Positions 31,195 to 40,838 of a stretch of 64,000 bases of DNA are shown here, in pieces. Each line of letters starts with the position of its first letter. Positions within the stretch are counted from its first letter, which is position 1. Both the position numbers and the translations under genes were made by a program. The notes beneath the pieces are model-generated. The model was not told the origin of the DNA. It searched no databases and was given only the letters and a program-made list of their open reading frames with translations. The stretch lies in assembly GCA_963664195.1 (NCBI GenBank), contig OY760907.1, positions 1,344,001 to 1,408,000 of the forward strand. Direction: 5' to 3'. This stretch comes from an uncultured candidate division Zixibacteria bacterium (GTDB taxonomy: Bacteria; Zixibacteria; MSB-5A5; GN15; FEB-12).

Positions 31195-31794
31195 TCATAC
31201 CCCAAAAGTAGACGGGCCACCGGTCGAATTGTCCAATCTTGTACCGCGAGACGCAAGAGGCATGACGATCTTAAGGAAAAGCTCCTGTTTTCGTTCAAAG
31301 TCGACATCTGCCTCGACGAAATAGTATCCCGGATGTCCCGACCAGGCGCTCGAAAGCGCCTTTTCTATAGTGAGTGCGTCTTCTCTCGATTCGTTCCGCA
31401 CTTCATCGGTCACATAGTATCGCTCCCCCAACGAAGCAGACGATCCAAGCTGTACCACGGTCGTGTACCGGCGGTATTCTCTTTCAAGCGTGGTACCAAC
31501 CTGCTGAAGCGTCTCCGGATGGAATGCATAAGCATCGACTGTCCCCCTGTCCGTCACAAACGGAGAGTCATCGGCTTCTTCCTCCTGAATCGCCTGACGA
31601 CGGTAGATCTCGCGATGAAATGCCCCCCGGTCTTTTCGATACTCCGGCTTCTCCACCAAAATGGCCCGCGCCAATTCCTCGAAAAACAGGAAGCCTGACC
31701 ATGCGGCATCGGCACGCAGCCGCTCAAAAAGCACGGTCTTGCCCGAGGCGGGTGCGCCGGTTATGACGATTCTGGCAGAGGTTGATCGATTCAT
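31195..31794 (-). CDS. AAA_28 / NadR-like P-loop kinase/ATPase
   Basis: ITGAPASGKT, FEELAR, DRGTVD. Confidence 0.75.
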   Translation of the reverse strand: MNRSTSARIVITGAPASGKTVLFERLRADAAWSGFLFFEELARAILVEKPEYRKDRGAFHREIYRRQAIQEEEADDSPFVTDRGTVDAYAFHPETLQQVGTTLEREYRRYTTVVQLGSSASLGERYYVTDEVRNESREDALTIEKALSSAWSGHPGYYFVEADVDFERKQELFLKIVMPLASRGTRLDNSTGGPSTFGV

Positions 31795-31910
31795 GCGCCT
31801 GCAATCTAGGATGACCCTATTATTGTGTCAAGTTTGCAACCCTCGAGAGTCTCGATAAGGTTGATCTGCGATCCTTTTATACGTACTTTGAATCAAAGTG
31901 AGGGAAAACC

Positions 31911-33083
31911 ATGCAGATAAACGAAATTCAACAGTATCTCAGAGAACACAAACTCGACGGCTGGCTCATGGCCGATTTTCACGGTCGCAACGATATCGCT
32001 ATGGGCATGCTCGGTCTCGGCGGCATGCTGACCCGTCGCGCGTTCTTTTTCATCCCGGCCTCCGGCGAACCGACCACACTGGTCAACCCGATTGAGAAAG
32101 CGAAGTTTGTCGGCCTGCCGGGAAGACTGGTCACATACAAGGGGTATCGAGGTCTCGAAACCGACCTGGCCGCGCTGCTCAAAGACTGTAAGAAAGTCGC
32201 AATGGAATACTCCGAGATGGGACGCCTCCCGTACGTCGGTCTTGTCGAAGCCGGTACTATTGAACTGGTCCGCTCAATGGAGATCGAGGTTGTGACGTCG
32301 GCTGACATGGTGGCCAATTTCCAGGCTCGTCTGACCCCGGAACAGATTGCCAGTCATCGCATAGCCGCCCGAAATCTCATAGAAATCAAAGATGCCGCGT
32401 TCGATAGCATAGCAACGGCTCTCAAAGAGGGTACACAGATTACTGAATACGACGTCTGCCGGTTCATCCTGCAGAAATTCGAAGAACTCGATATGGAGAC
32501 AGACCACGGGCCCAATTGCTCGGTCGATGCGCATGCCGGCGATCCGCATTACGAGCCGACTGCAGAGAACTCTGCCGTCATCACGAAGGGCAACCTGATT
32601 CTGATCGATCTGTGGGCAAAACTCAAAGCGGGCGAGTCCTGCTACGCCGACATCACTTGGATGGCCTTTGCTGGTACCAAAGAAGAGATTCCGGAGGAAT
32701 ACTCGAAGGCGTTTGCCCATGTAATCGCCGCTCGCGACACCGCCGTGGCGTATCTTCGCGACCATCTCGGCACTGAGCCGGTTTTCGGTAGTCAGGTCGA
32801 TGACGCCTGTCGCGGAGTATTGATTGAGGCGGGCATGGGTGACAATTTCACCTCGCGCACCGGACATTCGATTCACACGAGTGTGCACGGCCCCGGTCCG
32901 AATATCGACAACCTCGAAACCGAGGACAATCGCAAACTCCAGCAGGGCCATCTGTTCTCCGTCGAGCCGGGCGTCTATTTCGATCACTTCGGTATGCGTT
33001 CGGAAATCGACTGTCTGATCGGCCACGAAGGTCTGGAGATTGCGACCCTGCCGCTGCAAACCGAAATTACGGCGCTGTTCTAG
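31911..33083 (+). CDS. M24 family Xaa-Pro peptidase
   Basis: DPHY, IDLW, ADITW, TGHSI, VEPGVY, RSE metal ligands. Confidence 0.9.
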   Translation: MQINEIQQYLREHKLDGWLMADFHGRNDIAMGMLGLGGMLTRRAFFFIPASGEPTTLVNPIEKAKFVGLPGRLVTYKGYRGLETDLAALLKDCKKVAMEYSEMGRLPYVGLVEAGTIELVRSMEIEVVTSADMVANFQARLTPEQIASHRIAARNLIEIKDAAFDSIATALKEGTQITEYDVCRFILQKFEELDMETDHGPNCSVDAHAGDPHYEPTAENSAVITKGNLILIDLWAKLKAGESCYADITWMAFAGTKEEIPEEYSKAFAHVIAARDTAVAYLRDHLGTEPVFGSQVDDACRGVLIEAGMGDNFTSRTGHSIHTSVHGPGPNIDNLETEDNRKLQQGHLFSVEPGVYFDHFGMRSEIDCLIGHEGLEIATLPLQTEITALF

Positions 33084-33086
33084 ATC

Positions 33087-33653
33087 GTGTTTGTCACCGA
33101 TGACATGATTGCGGCCGAGGCCGAGAAGTTCGGGCAGCCGATCCTCAAGCGGTTTCGGTTCGACGTGACCCGCAAAGAGTACGACCGCATTCGGTCTTCA
33201 CAGAAACGCGGGCGCAACCATGACGTCACGCTCTACGTGCGCAAAGAAGACAAGATCATTGTCAACGCCAAACATTTCTATCCGCCGGATCTGTACCGTG
33301 CCCCCTCGGGCGGGTTGAACCCTGGCGAAAGCTTCGAACACGGAATCAATCGTGAGATGGCCGAGGAGATCGGGTGTACAATAGGGGTCGATCAGTTCCT
33401 GATGACAACCGATGCGTCGTTTGAGATCGACGGCGATGCGATCACATGGCGGTCGTTTGTGTTTCTTGCACATTATATAGAGGGTGACTTTGAGTTCACC
33501 GATAAGCGCGAAATCCGCGAGGTTCATTTCGCCGATTGGGAGGATTTCGATCATTACGGCCGTATCATGCGAAGTACCGATATCGGCGGGCTGCACTATC
33601 GTGCGGCGTTGCACGAAGCAGTAGCAGAACTGGCGCGACCGGTCAGTCGATAA
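33087..33653 (+). CDS. NUDIX hydrolase
   Basis: PSGGLNPGESFEHGINREMAEEIG Nudix box. Confidence 0.85.
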   Translation: MFVTDDMIAAEAEKFGQPILKRFRFDVTRKEYDRIRSSQKRGRNHDVTLYVRKEDKIIVNAKHFYPPDLYRAPSGGLNPGESFEHGINREMAEEIGCTIGVDQFLMTTDASFEIDGDAITWRSFVFLAHYIEGDFEFTDKREIREVHFADWEDFDHYGRIMRSTDIGGLHYRAALHEAVAELARPVSR

Positions 33654-33678
33654 GACTCACATTCAAGGGAACAGGCAT

Positions 33679-35250
33679 TTGTCCGGAAGACTCATCAAAC
33701 AATCGCTGGTGTCCGCCACGCTAATCATGGTTGCGGGCAATATTCTGGGTAGGCTGTTTGGCTTTGCCCGGGAGGCAGTTATCGCCTCCTATTTCGGTAC
33801 TTCTTCCATTCTGGATACATTTATTCTGGCTTTCACCATCCCGGAAATGCTCGCCATGGTTCTGTTCACCGCGCTGCCGGTGGCGTTGATTCCCACACTG
33901 AAGAACGGCGATGCGGCAACGCAATCTGATCAGGAGCGAGATTCAGCTCTGTTCTGGTCCGGGCTTGGCTGGTTTGCAATGATATTCGGTGGCCTCTCGG
34001 TGATGGTTTTCCTGTTCCGCGAACAGATACTCTTCTGGCTTTCCCCGGAACTTGCCGGCCCGAATCTTGCCCTGGGGCACAAACTTCTGGCGATTCTTTC
34101 ACCCTACATACTCCTGCGCGGTTTGGAGGCCTATTTTCGAAGCTGGTGCTTCGCTAAGAAGCACTTCGTTGCCTCGGCGACTTCAAACATCATCATTAAT
34201 ATCTGCGTGATAGCCTCGGTCTACTTCTTCTACGACCGAATGGAAATCGAGACGCTTGCCTACGGATGGCTGGTCGGTTCATTTCTGCTGCTGGTCTATA
34301 ACGGTGTTTTTGCGCTCGGAATAGTGAGCCTATCAAGACCGACCGGCGCCGGGCAAGTGTGGATGAGAGTTCTCCTGCAATCCTTGATTGCGATTGTCCT
34401 GCTTGAATCGATCTCCATGGCCTATCCGGTGGTGGATCGCATCCTGGCCGCACGGTACTTGGAACCCGGACCCATATCCGCTTTGCGTTACGCCACCACA
34501 TTGATATCAATACCTACGGGCGTTTTTGTAGCTGCCTTCAATATCGCTGCGTTTCCGTGGATTGCCGATCTTTCGAGTGTGGATCAAGCGGAGAAACTCC
34601 GGCAACTCTACTTCCGAAGTGTGCGGCTGCTCATTTTCTTCATCGGGCTGGTAGCGGCAGGAGTGATGCTGTTCTCGGCTGACATCGTCCAATTGGCATT
34701 CAAACGCGGTGCTTTCGATGCTGCCTCGCTCGAGCTGACATCGGAACCTATGTTCTACTATGCGATAGGCATGGTGTTTCAGGCCGTGTACACTTTTCAA
34801 ATGCGATTTTACTACGTGCGCCGAATGCTGTTACGTGTCGGTATTATCCTTATCTCGATGTTCGCGGTGAAGCTGATTCTCAGTTGGATCCTGATCGGGC
34901 AGATGGAACACAACGGTCTGGCGCTGGCTACGTCAATAGCCCGCATTTTTGGATTTGCGATCATGACAGTCGATCTGGCCCGTACCCTGAAGGTTAGCAG
35001 CCGCGAATTGTTTTTCCCCTTTGTCATGAAGACGCTGGCGGCCATAGGGGCAGTCGCAGTGATGTGGTTTGGTCTCGCCGCTGTGTGGCCGTTGAGTGCA
35101 ACATCTACCGTTGCTGCGGCATTCTTCCGATTGGCAGTGATCGGCTTGATTGGCATAGGTGTGTATCTCGGCATGGGAATGGTCCTGAAAATGTCTGAGC
35201 CTCGAAGTGCAATCGAATCGCTTACCGTGCGTTTTGGCGGAGACCGCTAG
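33679..35250 (+). CDS. murJ: Lipid II flippase MurJ (MviN)
   Basis: GRLFGFARE..FGTS..DTFILAFTIP, FKRGAFD, GLALATS; many TMs. Confidence 0.8.
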   Translation: MSGRLIKQSLVSATLIMVAGNILGRLFGFAREAVIASYFGTSSILDTFILAFTIPEMLAMVLFTALPVALIPTLKNGDAATQSDQERDSALFWSGLGWFAMIFGGLSVMVFLFREQILFWLSPELAGPNLALGHKLLAILSPYILLRGLEAYFRSWCFAKKHFVASATSNIIINICVIASVYFFYDRMEIETLAYGWLVGSFLLLVYNGVFALGIVSLSRPTGAGQVWMRVLLQSLIAIVLLESISMAYPVVDRILAARYLEPGPISALRYATTLISIPTGVFVAAFNIAAFPWIADLSSVDQAEKLRQLYFRSVRLLIFFIGLVAAGVMLFSADIVQLAFKRGAFDAASLELTSEPMFYYAIGMVFQAVYTFQMRFYYVRRMLLRVGIILISMFAVKLILSWILIGQMEHNGLALATSIARIFGFAIMTVDLARTLKVSSRELFFPFVMKTLAAIGAVAVMWFGLAAVWPLSATSTVAAAFFRLAVIGLIGIGVYLGMGMVLKMSEPRSAIESLTVRFGGDR

Positions 35251-36533
35251 CTCTCATTTGCCTCGGCCTTCTTCCGCTCCAGTGTTTCGTACAGAATATT
35301 CAGCATGGCTTCCGCACGCACCTTGGTAGAGTTTGCCCTCGCGACTGCCTGGCGTGCCTCCACCTGGTCAACGGTGTCGATTCCCATCGCTTCATCCACC
35401 AGTCGGACAAAACTTTCCTCGTCTTTGGCGATATAGACGACTTTAGCGGCGGGTTCAACTTCAGGGAAGTCAGTTGATACAACCGGTTTGCCCGCAGCCA
35501 GATACTGGTAGGTCTTGTTCGGCGAGGCGTTGCGCATCCATTCATTATTGTTGAACGGCATCAGGCAGACGTCGAGGCCGCGGATGAAATCCGGGAGGCC
35601 TTCGTAAGGTCGGTGTCCGAGGAAAAACACGTTGGGCTGTAACTTGAATTCGCCGTACGCGCTGCTGCTGCGGAAGGATTCCGAGCCTCTTTCCTCACCT
35701 ATGAGAACAATTGACGCGTTCGGCTTGGACCGCGCCAGAGCGTTCAGTAAGTCAAGGTCCATCAGGTCGTTGAATCCACCCACATATCCCAGCCTCGGCG
35801 CAGGGATCTGCGACAGCACCGGCGGGATCTCTCCAGCTACGGCGGCTTTCGAGAAATGCTCGTAGTCGGCGCAATTTGGCAGATAGTGGCAGTTGGCATT
35901 GCCTTTTGCACGAGATTCCCGAAGCTTCACCGAGGAGGCAATAACCAAATCGGCCTTGCCCAGCAATTCCTCTTCTCTCTTAATGGCGCAGGAGACAAAA
36001 GAAACCGTCGGATCAACGGCGTCATGGTTTGTGTACACGCGGCACTCATCGGTAACCTCGTATGCGATCAGGTCGGAGTCAACCGCGTCGGCCATATAGT
36101 GCTGTTGTACCTTCACCACAAATAAGGCCACGCTGTCATAGGCAACATCAAGCTGGTAAAGAGCCTTCCGTAGCTGCCGACCGATGAGCCATCGATCGAT
36201 ACGGGCCAACAAGTTTATTCGGAAGCCGACGCCGAATGTCGCAAGTGAGAAGGGGCGGAAAAGGAAGAGACCGCCTTCGGAAGCTCTGATTTTTCCTCTC
36301 TGAACGACAAATTGCCGGAGTCTCTTGAAGCATCGCCAAAAAGTGACCAATCCTACCGGCGGCTCCACCGCGAGAACGGGCGTCCGTTCAGCGACCGATT
36401 TCCAGTGCGGTCGACGTACGTAGTCCTGCCATTCCTGCGGGAGAAACATGAGTATGAGAACACTTGGTTTTTCGGCTGACGTCACAGACTTTTCCTGATC
36501 TTTGATTACAGCGACCGTTCCGGCGGTCGACAT
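35247..36533 (-). CDS. GT4 glycosyltransferase (TuaH-like)
   Basis: RRPHW, LGYVGG, DVCLMPF..SPNKTYQYLAAGKPVVST. Confidence 0.85.
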   Translation of the reverse strand: MSTAGTVAVIKDQEKSVTSAEKPSVLILMFLPQEWQDYVRRPHWKSVAERTPVLAVEPPVGLVTFWRCFKRLRQFVVQRGKIRASEGGLFLFRPFSLATFGVGFRINLLARIDRWLIGRQLRKALYQLDVAYDSVALFVVKVQQHYMADAVDSDLIAYEVTDECRVYTNHDAVDPTVSFVSCAIKREEELLGKADLVIASSVKLRESRAKGNANCHYLPNCADYEHFSKAAVAGEIPPVLSQIPAPRLGYVGGFNDLMDLDLLNALARSKPNASIVLIGEERGSESFRSSSAYGEFKLQPNVFFLGHRPYEGLPDFIRGLDVCLMPFNNNEWMRNASPNKTYQYLAAGKPVVSTDFPEVEPAAKVVYIAKDEESFVRLVDEAMGIDTVDQVEARQAVARANSTKVRAEAMLNILYETLERKKAEANES

Positions 36534-36636
36534 CGGCTACGGATTGATTGTACGGACAAGCTCCGGCTGAATCAAGCTATTGTCTGTCCTCGGTTCCGGT
36601 GATACCGATTCTCTAGTCCGTTTTGGAATTTGGCCC

Positions 36637-36664
36637 TTGACGGACATGCGATTTATGGTATATT
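36637..36664 (+). promoter_or_regulatory. Sigma70 promoter of the rpmH operon
   Basis: TTGACG-16 nt-TATATT with extended TG. Confidence 0.6.
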
Positions 36665-36695
36665 CGGTGGCTAACTTAGTTGTGGATTGAGAAAA

Positions 36696-36848
36696 ATGAA
36701 AAGAACATTCCAACCTTCGAATCGTAAGAAACTGAACGATCACGGCTTCCGTTCCCGGATGTCGACCAAGGGCGGCCGCAAAGTGCTGGCCCGTCGTCGC
36801 GCCAAGGGAAGAAAACAGTTGGCAGCCAGTGTCGGTCGTAAAAAATAG
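36696..36848 (+). CDS. rpmH: 50S ribosomal protein L34
   Basis: Manual translation [50 protein letters not shown] (50 aa, below ORF-track cutoff). Confidence 0.97.
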   Translation: MKRTFQPSNRKKLNDHGFRSRMSTKGGRKVLARRRAKGRKQLAASVGRKK

Positions 36849-37176
36849 TCTGCCGCGTTCGCTGAGTCTGAAAAGCCGGAAAGAGATTTCCGACCTACTC
36901 GCCAACGGACAAAGGTCGTCGTACAAGTATTTCACGCTTGTCTGGCAACCTGCTGAGGACTTCAAGTACGCTGTACTCCTCTCCCGGCGCCACGGTCCAG
37001 CTCATCGGCGCAATCGCCTCAAGAGACTGTTCCGCGAAGCTATCCGGTTAAACCGCAAGCGATTAGGTCAGCCAGGATGTGTCGTCCTGCTACCCCGGCG
37101 CCAAGACCGCGAACCGGAGTTTGGACAGTTAAGAGCAGATGTCTCGCGCGTTTTCAAGCGGCTCAACAGAGGATAG
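36829..37176 (+). CDS. rnpA: Ribonuclease P protein component
   Basis: [16 protein letters not shown] motif; follows rpmH. Confidence 0.9.
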   Translation: MSVVKNSLPRSLSLKSRKEISDLLANGQRSSYKYFTLVWQPAEDFKYAVLLSRRHGPAHRRNRLKRLFREAIRLNRKRLGQPGCVVLLPRRQDREPEFGQLRADVSRVFKRLNRG

Positions 37177-37414
37177 TGACAGACCGTCACCGGCCTCCTA
37201 CTCGATTATCTTCGCTATCCATATCTATCGCCTGCTTCTTTCGCCGATCCTTGTTGCCATCATGGGGGATAATTGCCGTTATTACCCGAGTTGCTCGCAT
37301 TACGCCGAGGACGCGCTGCGCCGCCACGGAGTCCTCAAGGGAGGGACGATGGCCGTCAAGCGGGTGCTGAGATGTCATCCATGGCACGAAGGCGGGTATG
37401 ATCCGGTTGAATAA
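37139..37414 (+). CDS. yidD: Membrane protein insertion efficiency factor YidD
   Basis: CRYYPSCSHY..RVLRCHPWHEGGYDPV. Confidence 0.92.
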   Translation: MSRAFSSGSTEDSDRPSPASYSIIFAIHIYRLLLSPILVAIMGDNCRYYPSCSHYAEDALRRHGVLKGGTMAVKRVLRCHPWHEGGYDPVE

Positions 37415-37470
37415 GCGGCACGCACGAGTAGTAGAACGTTCACAGGCAGGTCATTAACAAGGAAGTAAGT

Positions 37471-39201
37471 TTGGACAAGAAAACAATCCCGATCCTGATC
37501 ATTCTGGCGATTCTCATTATCGGTTACTGGCCGATTCTCGAATTTCTCGGTATCTACACTCCTGAGGAACCAACCGAACAAACCGAATCGCCGATTGATA
37601 CGGTTGTGCCCGCGGAAACAGGCACCGCCTCTCCCCTTGATATGGCACCTGCCGCCACTGTTCCCGCGCAACCCTCGGCGATACCTGCTCCGGCGGAAGT
37701 CGTTGCGGCTATCGAGCAGCCTGACACGATGGCTGTGGATACCATTTTTGTAGAGACTGATAAGTACCAGGTCCTGCTCTCAAGCTTCGGCGGTGGTCCG
37801 GTGTCGATTCTCCTCAAAGAGCATACCTATCGCGACGGCGAACTCGTCCAAATGCTCCCTGAATCACAACGGGTTACGCCGGAGGCTCGCTTTGCGGGTG
37901 GCACTTTTACCAGCTCACAACTTCATTATGCCTGCAATCTGATTCCCGGCCGGTACGAGGTTACCAGCGAGCCGCTCGAGGTCATCTATACATTTGCCGC
38001 AGAGGGCGGCGGGACTATCGAACGGAAGCTGACTTTTTATCCTGATCGATATAATTTCGACCTTGACCTGAATATCCCGGAGCCGGCAAAACTCGGACTT
38101 GAGCGCCGCTACGACCTGTTCTGGAACACGCCGCTCGGGGTTACCGAGCCGGTCCCGATGGACGACTACCAGCTCATGGAAGTGGTTTCAAGACGAGGTG
38201 ATTCACGCGAATCGCTCGATGACTACGATGATGCCGACAACTTGAATCAGCGGGAATCCGGCGATGTGAGCTGGGCGGGAGTGCGCTCGAAATACTTCTC
38301 GGCAGTTATTATCCCGACCACGCGCCACGCTGAAGGTGTTATAGGACAGGGAGATAAGCGAGAAGTCGTGACCCCGCAGGGTGAGGCCGAGCAACGTCGA
38401 TTGATAGCTGGCCTGGAGATGCCGTTTACCGCTACAAGCCCCATCAATGACGAGTTCACCGTGTTTGTCGGCCCGATGGACTACATGATGATGAAAGAGT
38501 ATAATGTTGGCCTGGAGGACATGCTCAACATAGGCACCATGCCCTTCATCGGCTGGCTGATTAAGCCGTTTGCCATCGGTATCATGTGGCTTCTGCCGAA
38601 GATGTACGACTGGATACCCAACTACGGTCTGGTCATCATCATTTTCGCCTTCCTGGTCAAGCTGGTCACTCTGCCGCTTTCGCTGAAGTCGTTCAAGTCA
38701 ATGCAGGCAATGAAAGACATTCAGCCGGAAATAGAGAAGCTCAAGGAGAAGCACAAAAAAGATCCGCAGAAGATGAACGCGGATATGATGAAGCTTTACA
38801 AGAAACACGGCGTCAACCCGATCTCGGGCTGCCTGCCCATGCTTCCTCAGATGCCGCTCTTTTTTGCTCTATTTGCGGTCTTCCGCTCGACGATCCTCCT
38901 TCGGGATGCGCCGTTCTTCTGGTTCATTCACGATCTCTCAAGAGGCGCGTCCAGTTTCACCGATCCGTATATCATCCTCGTGGTGATTATGATCGCGGCG
39001 CAGTTCATTTCGCAGAAGTTTACGATGGCCTCGACTCAGCAGAACAAAATGCTTATCTATATGATGCCGCTGGTGATGGGCTTCATCTTCTACAAATTCG
39101 CCGCAGGGCTGGTGTTGTACTGGACAGCCTTCTCATTCATGACCCTGCTCGATTACGTGATCTTTCGGCGTGACAAAAACGCCCAGGTGAAAGCTGCATG
39201 A
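37471..39201 (+). CDS. yidC: Membrane protein insertase YidC
   Basis: NYGLVII, HGVNPISGCLPML, AGLVLYW. Confidence 0.95.
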   Translation: MDKKTIPILIILAILIIGYWPILEFLGIYTPEEPTEQTESPIDTVVPAETGTASPLDMAPAATVPAQPSAIPAPAEVVAAIEQPDTMAVDTIFVETDKYQVLLSSFGGGPVSILLKEHTYRDGELVQMLPESQRVTPEARFAGGTFTSSQLHYACNLIPGRYEVTSEPLEVIYTFAAEGGGTIERKLTFYPDRYNFDLDLNIPEPAKLGLERRYDLFWNTPLGVTEPVPMDDYQLMEVVSRRGDSRESLDDYDDADNLNQRESGDVSWAGVRSKYFSAVIIPTTRHAEGVIGQGDKREVVTPQGEAEQRRLIAGLEMPFTATSPINDEFTVFVGPMDYMMMKEYNVGLEDMLNIGTMPFIGWLIKPFAIGIMWLLPKMYDWIPNYGLVIIIFAFLVKLVTLPLSLKSFKSMQAMKDIQPEIEKLKEKHKKDPQKMNADMMKLYKKHGVNPISGCLPMLPQMPLFFALFAVFRSTILLRDAPFFWFIHDLSRGASSFTDPYIILVVIMIAAQFISQKFTMASTQQNKMLIYMMPLVMGFIFYKFAAGLVLYWTAFSFMTLLDYVIFRRDKNAQVKAA

Positions 39202-39253
39202 CGGCAATTGGAGCACCCGGACAACGGGTGCTCCGTAGCCGGGGGCACGACGT

Positions 39254-40645
39254 ATGGTCACGCATGAAAATCTCTCAGATAACAGTACTGACGATACGAT
39301 CACAGCCGTTATCACGCCGCCCGGCGAGGGTGGCATCGCGGCACTACGCATAGCGGGGCCTGATAGTTTCGCACTCCTGAACAAACACTTTCAACCGCAG
39401 TCCGAATCTGCTCCCGAACCGTTCCTACTGAGATACGGGAGCTTCGTGGCATCATCAGGCGATGCAGTCGATGAAGTCATGGCCGTTGTTATGCCTAAGG
39501 GGCGTTCCTACACTGGCTTAGACCAGGTGGAGATATTCTGCCACGGCGGCCGTGCGGTTGTGCGGATCATCCTCAAGGAACTGCTCGAATCCGGAGCACG
39601 GTCGGCAGAGCCGGGAGAGTTCACGAAGCTGGCTTTTCTCAACGGGCGCATTGATCTCGCCCGGGCCGAGGCCGTGGCGGAGATGATTGCCGCCGATACG
39701 CACCGGTCTTATGAAGCCAGTCGGGAGCATCTATTGGGAGCATATTCGTCCCATATTGAGAAGCTCCGGGAGCAACTGGTGTTGATGCTGGCTGACATCG
39801 AGGCCTCAATTGACTTCTCCGAAGAGGAAATAGACCAGACGAGCACGGCTCGACAACTGGAAACCCTGAGCGGATTGAGGAAGAGCATCGATACCCTCCT
39901 ACAAACATATACCGGCGGACGCATGATCAAGGAGGGGTTCAAGATTGCTATCGCCGGGCGTCCCAATGCTGGTAAATCCTCTCTATTTAATCGTCTTTTA
40001 AGACAAGAGCGTGCCCTGGTCAACCCTTCCCCCGGTACGACTCGCGATTACCTCTCGGAGTGGATCGATATGGAGGGAATCGCGGTCAATCTGGTTGATA
40101 CGGCGGGTATTCGCAAAGACGCTGGCGACATTGAAAAACAGGGCCAGGAGCGCGCCTGCGAGATCATGGCTGAATCTGATCTGGTGATCTGGATGTTTGA
40201 CGTCTCGGACGCTGAGTTATGTGACAAACTTGAATCGGACTTGGAGCGTTTGCCATCGGCTGACAGGCTTATTGTGGCCAACAAGTGCGACTTGTTGGAG
40301 GGAAACCCCAAAAGGCGAGCCCAGAAGGGTCAGCCTGTGCCTCTTTCCTGCCTCACTGGCGATGGTATCGACAAACTGAGAAACACAATAGTTGAACGGA
40401 TAAACGAACGAATGCCCGATTTGACGTCGGGATTGGTAGTAACCTCGGCCCGCCACCAGCAGAAGCTGTCGATTGCCCTGGAATCGATCCGGCGTACGGA
40501 GGACTTGCTTCGGAACAGCGAGACGCCGGAGATTGTTGCATTTGAGTTGCGACAGGCAGTTATGGCGCTTGACGAAATAACGGGTCGAGTGTACACTGAG
40601 GAGATTCTGGGGAGCGTGTTTGCGCGCTTCTGTGTCGGGAAGTGA
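39254..40645 (+). CDS. mnmE: tRNA modification GTPase MnmE
   Basis: GRPNAGKSS, GTTRD, DTAG, C-terminal FCVGK. Confidence 0.96.
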   Translation: MVTHENLSDNSTDDTITAVITPPGEGGIAALRIAGPDSFALLNKHFQPQSESAPEPFLLRYGSFVASSGDAVDEVMAVVMPKGRSYTGLDQVEIFCHGGRAVVRIILKELLESGARSAEPGEFTKLAFLNGRIDLARAEAVAEMIAADTHRSYEASREHLLGAYSSHIEKLREQLVLMLADIEASIDFSEEEIDQTSTARQLETLSGLRKSIDTLLQTYTGGRMIKEGFKIAIAGRPNAGKSSLFNRLLRQERALVNPSPGTTRDYLSEWIDMEGIAVNLVDTAGIRKDAGDIEKQGQERACEIMAESDLVIWMFDVSDAELCDKLESDLERLPSADRLIVANKCDLLEGNPKRRAQKGQPVPLSCLTGDGIDKLRNTIVERINERMPDLTSGLVVTSARHQQKLSIALESIRRTEDLLRNSETPEIVAFELRQAVMALDEITGRVYTEEILGSVFARFCVGK

Positions 40646-40659
40646 CGTCACACGTGGCA

Positions 40660-40675
40660 TGTTTCACGTGAAACA
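40660..40675. promoter_or_regulatory. parS centromere site
   Basis: TGTTTCACGTGAAACA, exact consensus palindrome. Confidence 0.9.
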
Positions 40676-40696
40676 CGCGGAGCGTTTGGCCCTCTT

Positions 40697-40724
40697 GTAG
40701 GTCGAAACTCCTGTAGTTTCAACA
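40697..40724 (+). repeat. GTAGGTCG-type REP-like palindrome
   Basis: GTAGGTCGAAACT-CCTGT-AGTTTCAACA, homologous to 5733-5776. Confidence 0.6.
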
Positions 40725-40838
40725 GGACAGCTATGGGACACCGGACGTTCAAAGTTGAAAGACCGGGGCGGCCTTCGACAAGTTCAGACTGACTCCTCGG
40801 TGGGATAGGCGGAAAACGATAGAATTGAGACGAAGTTC

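Noticed and set aside
36537..36965. 142-aa minus-strand ORF
   Set aside because: Antisense to rpmH/rnpA and their promoter
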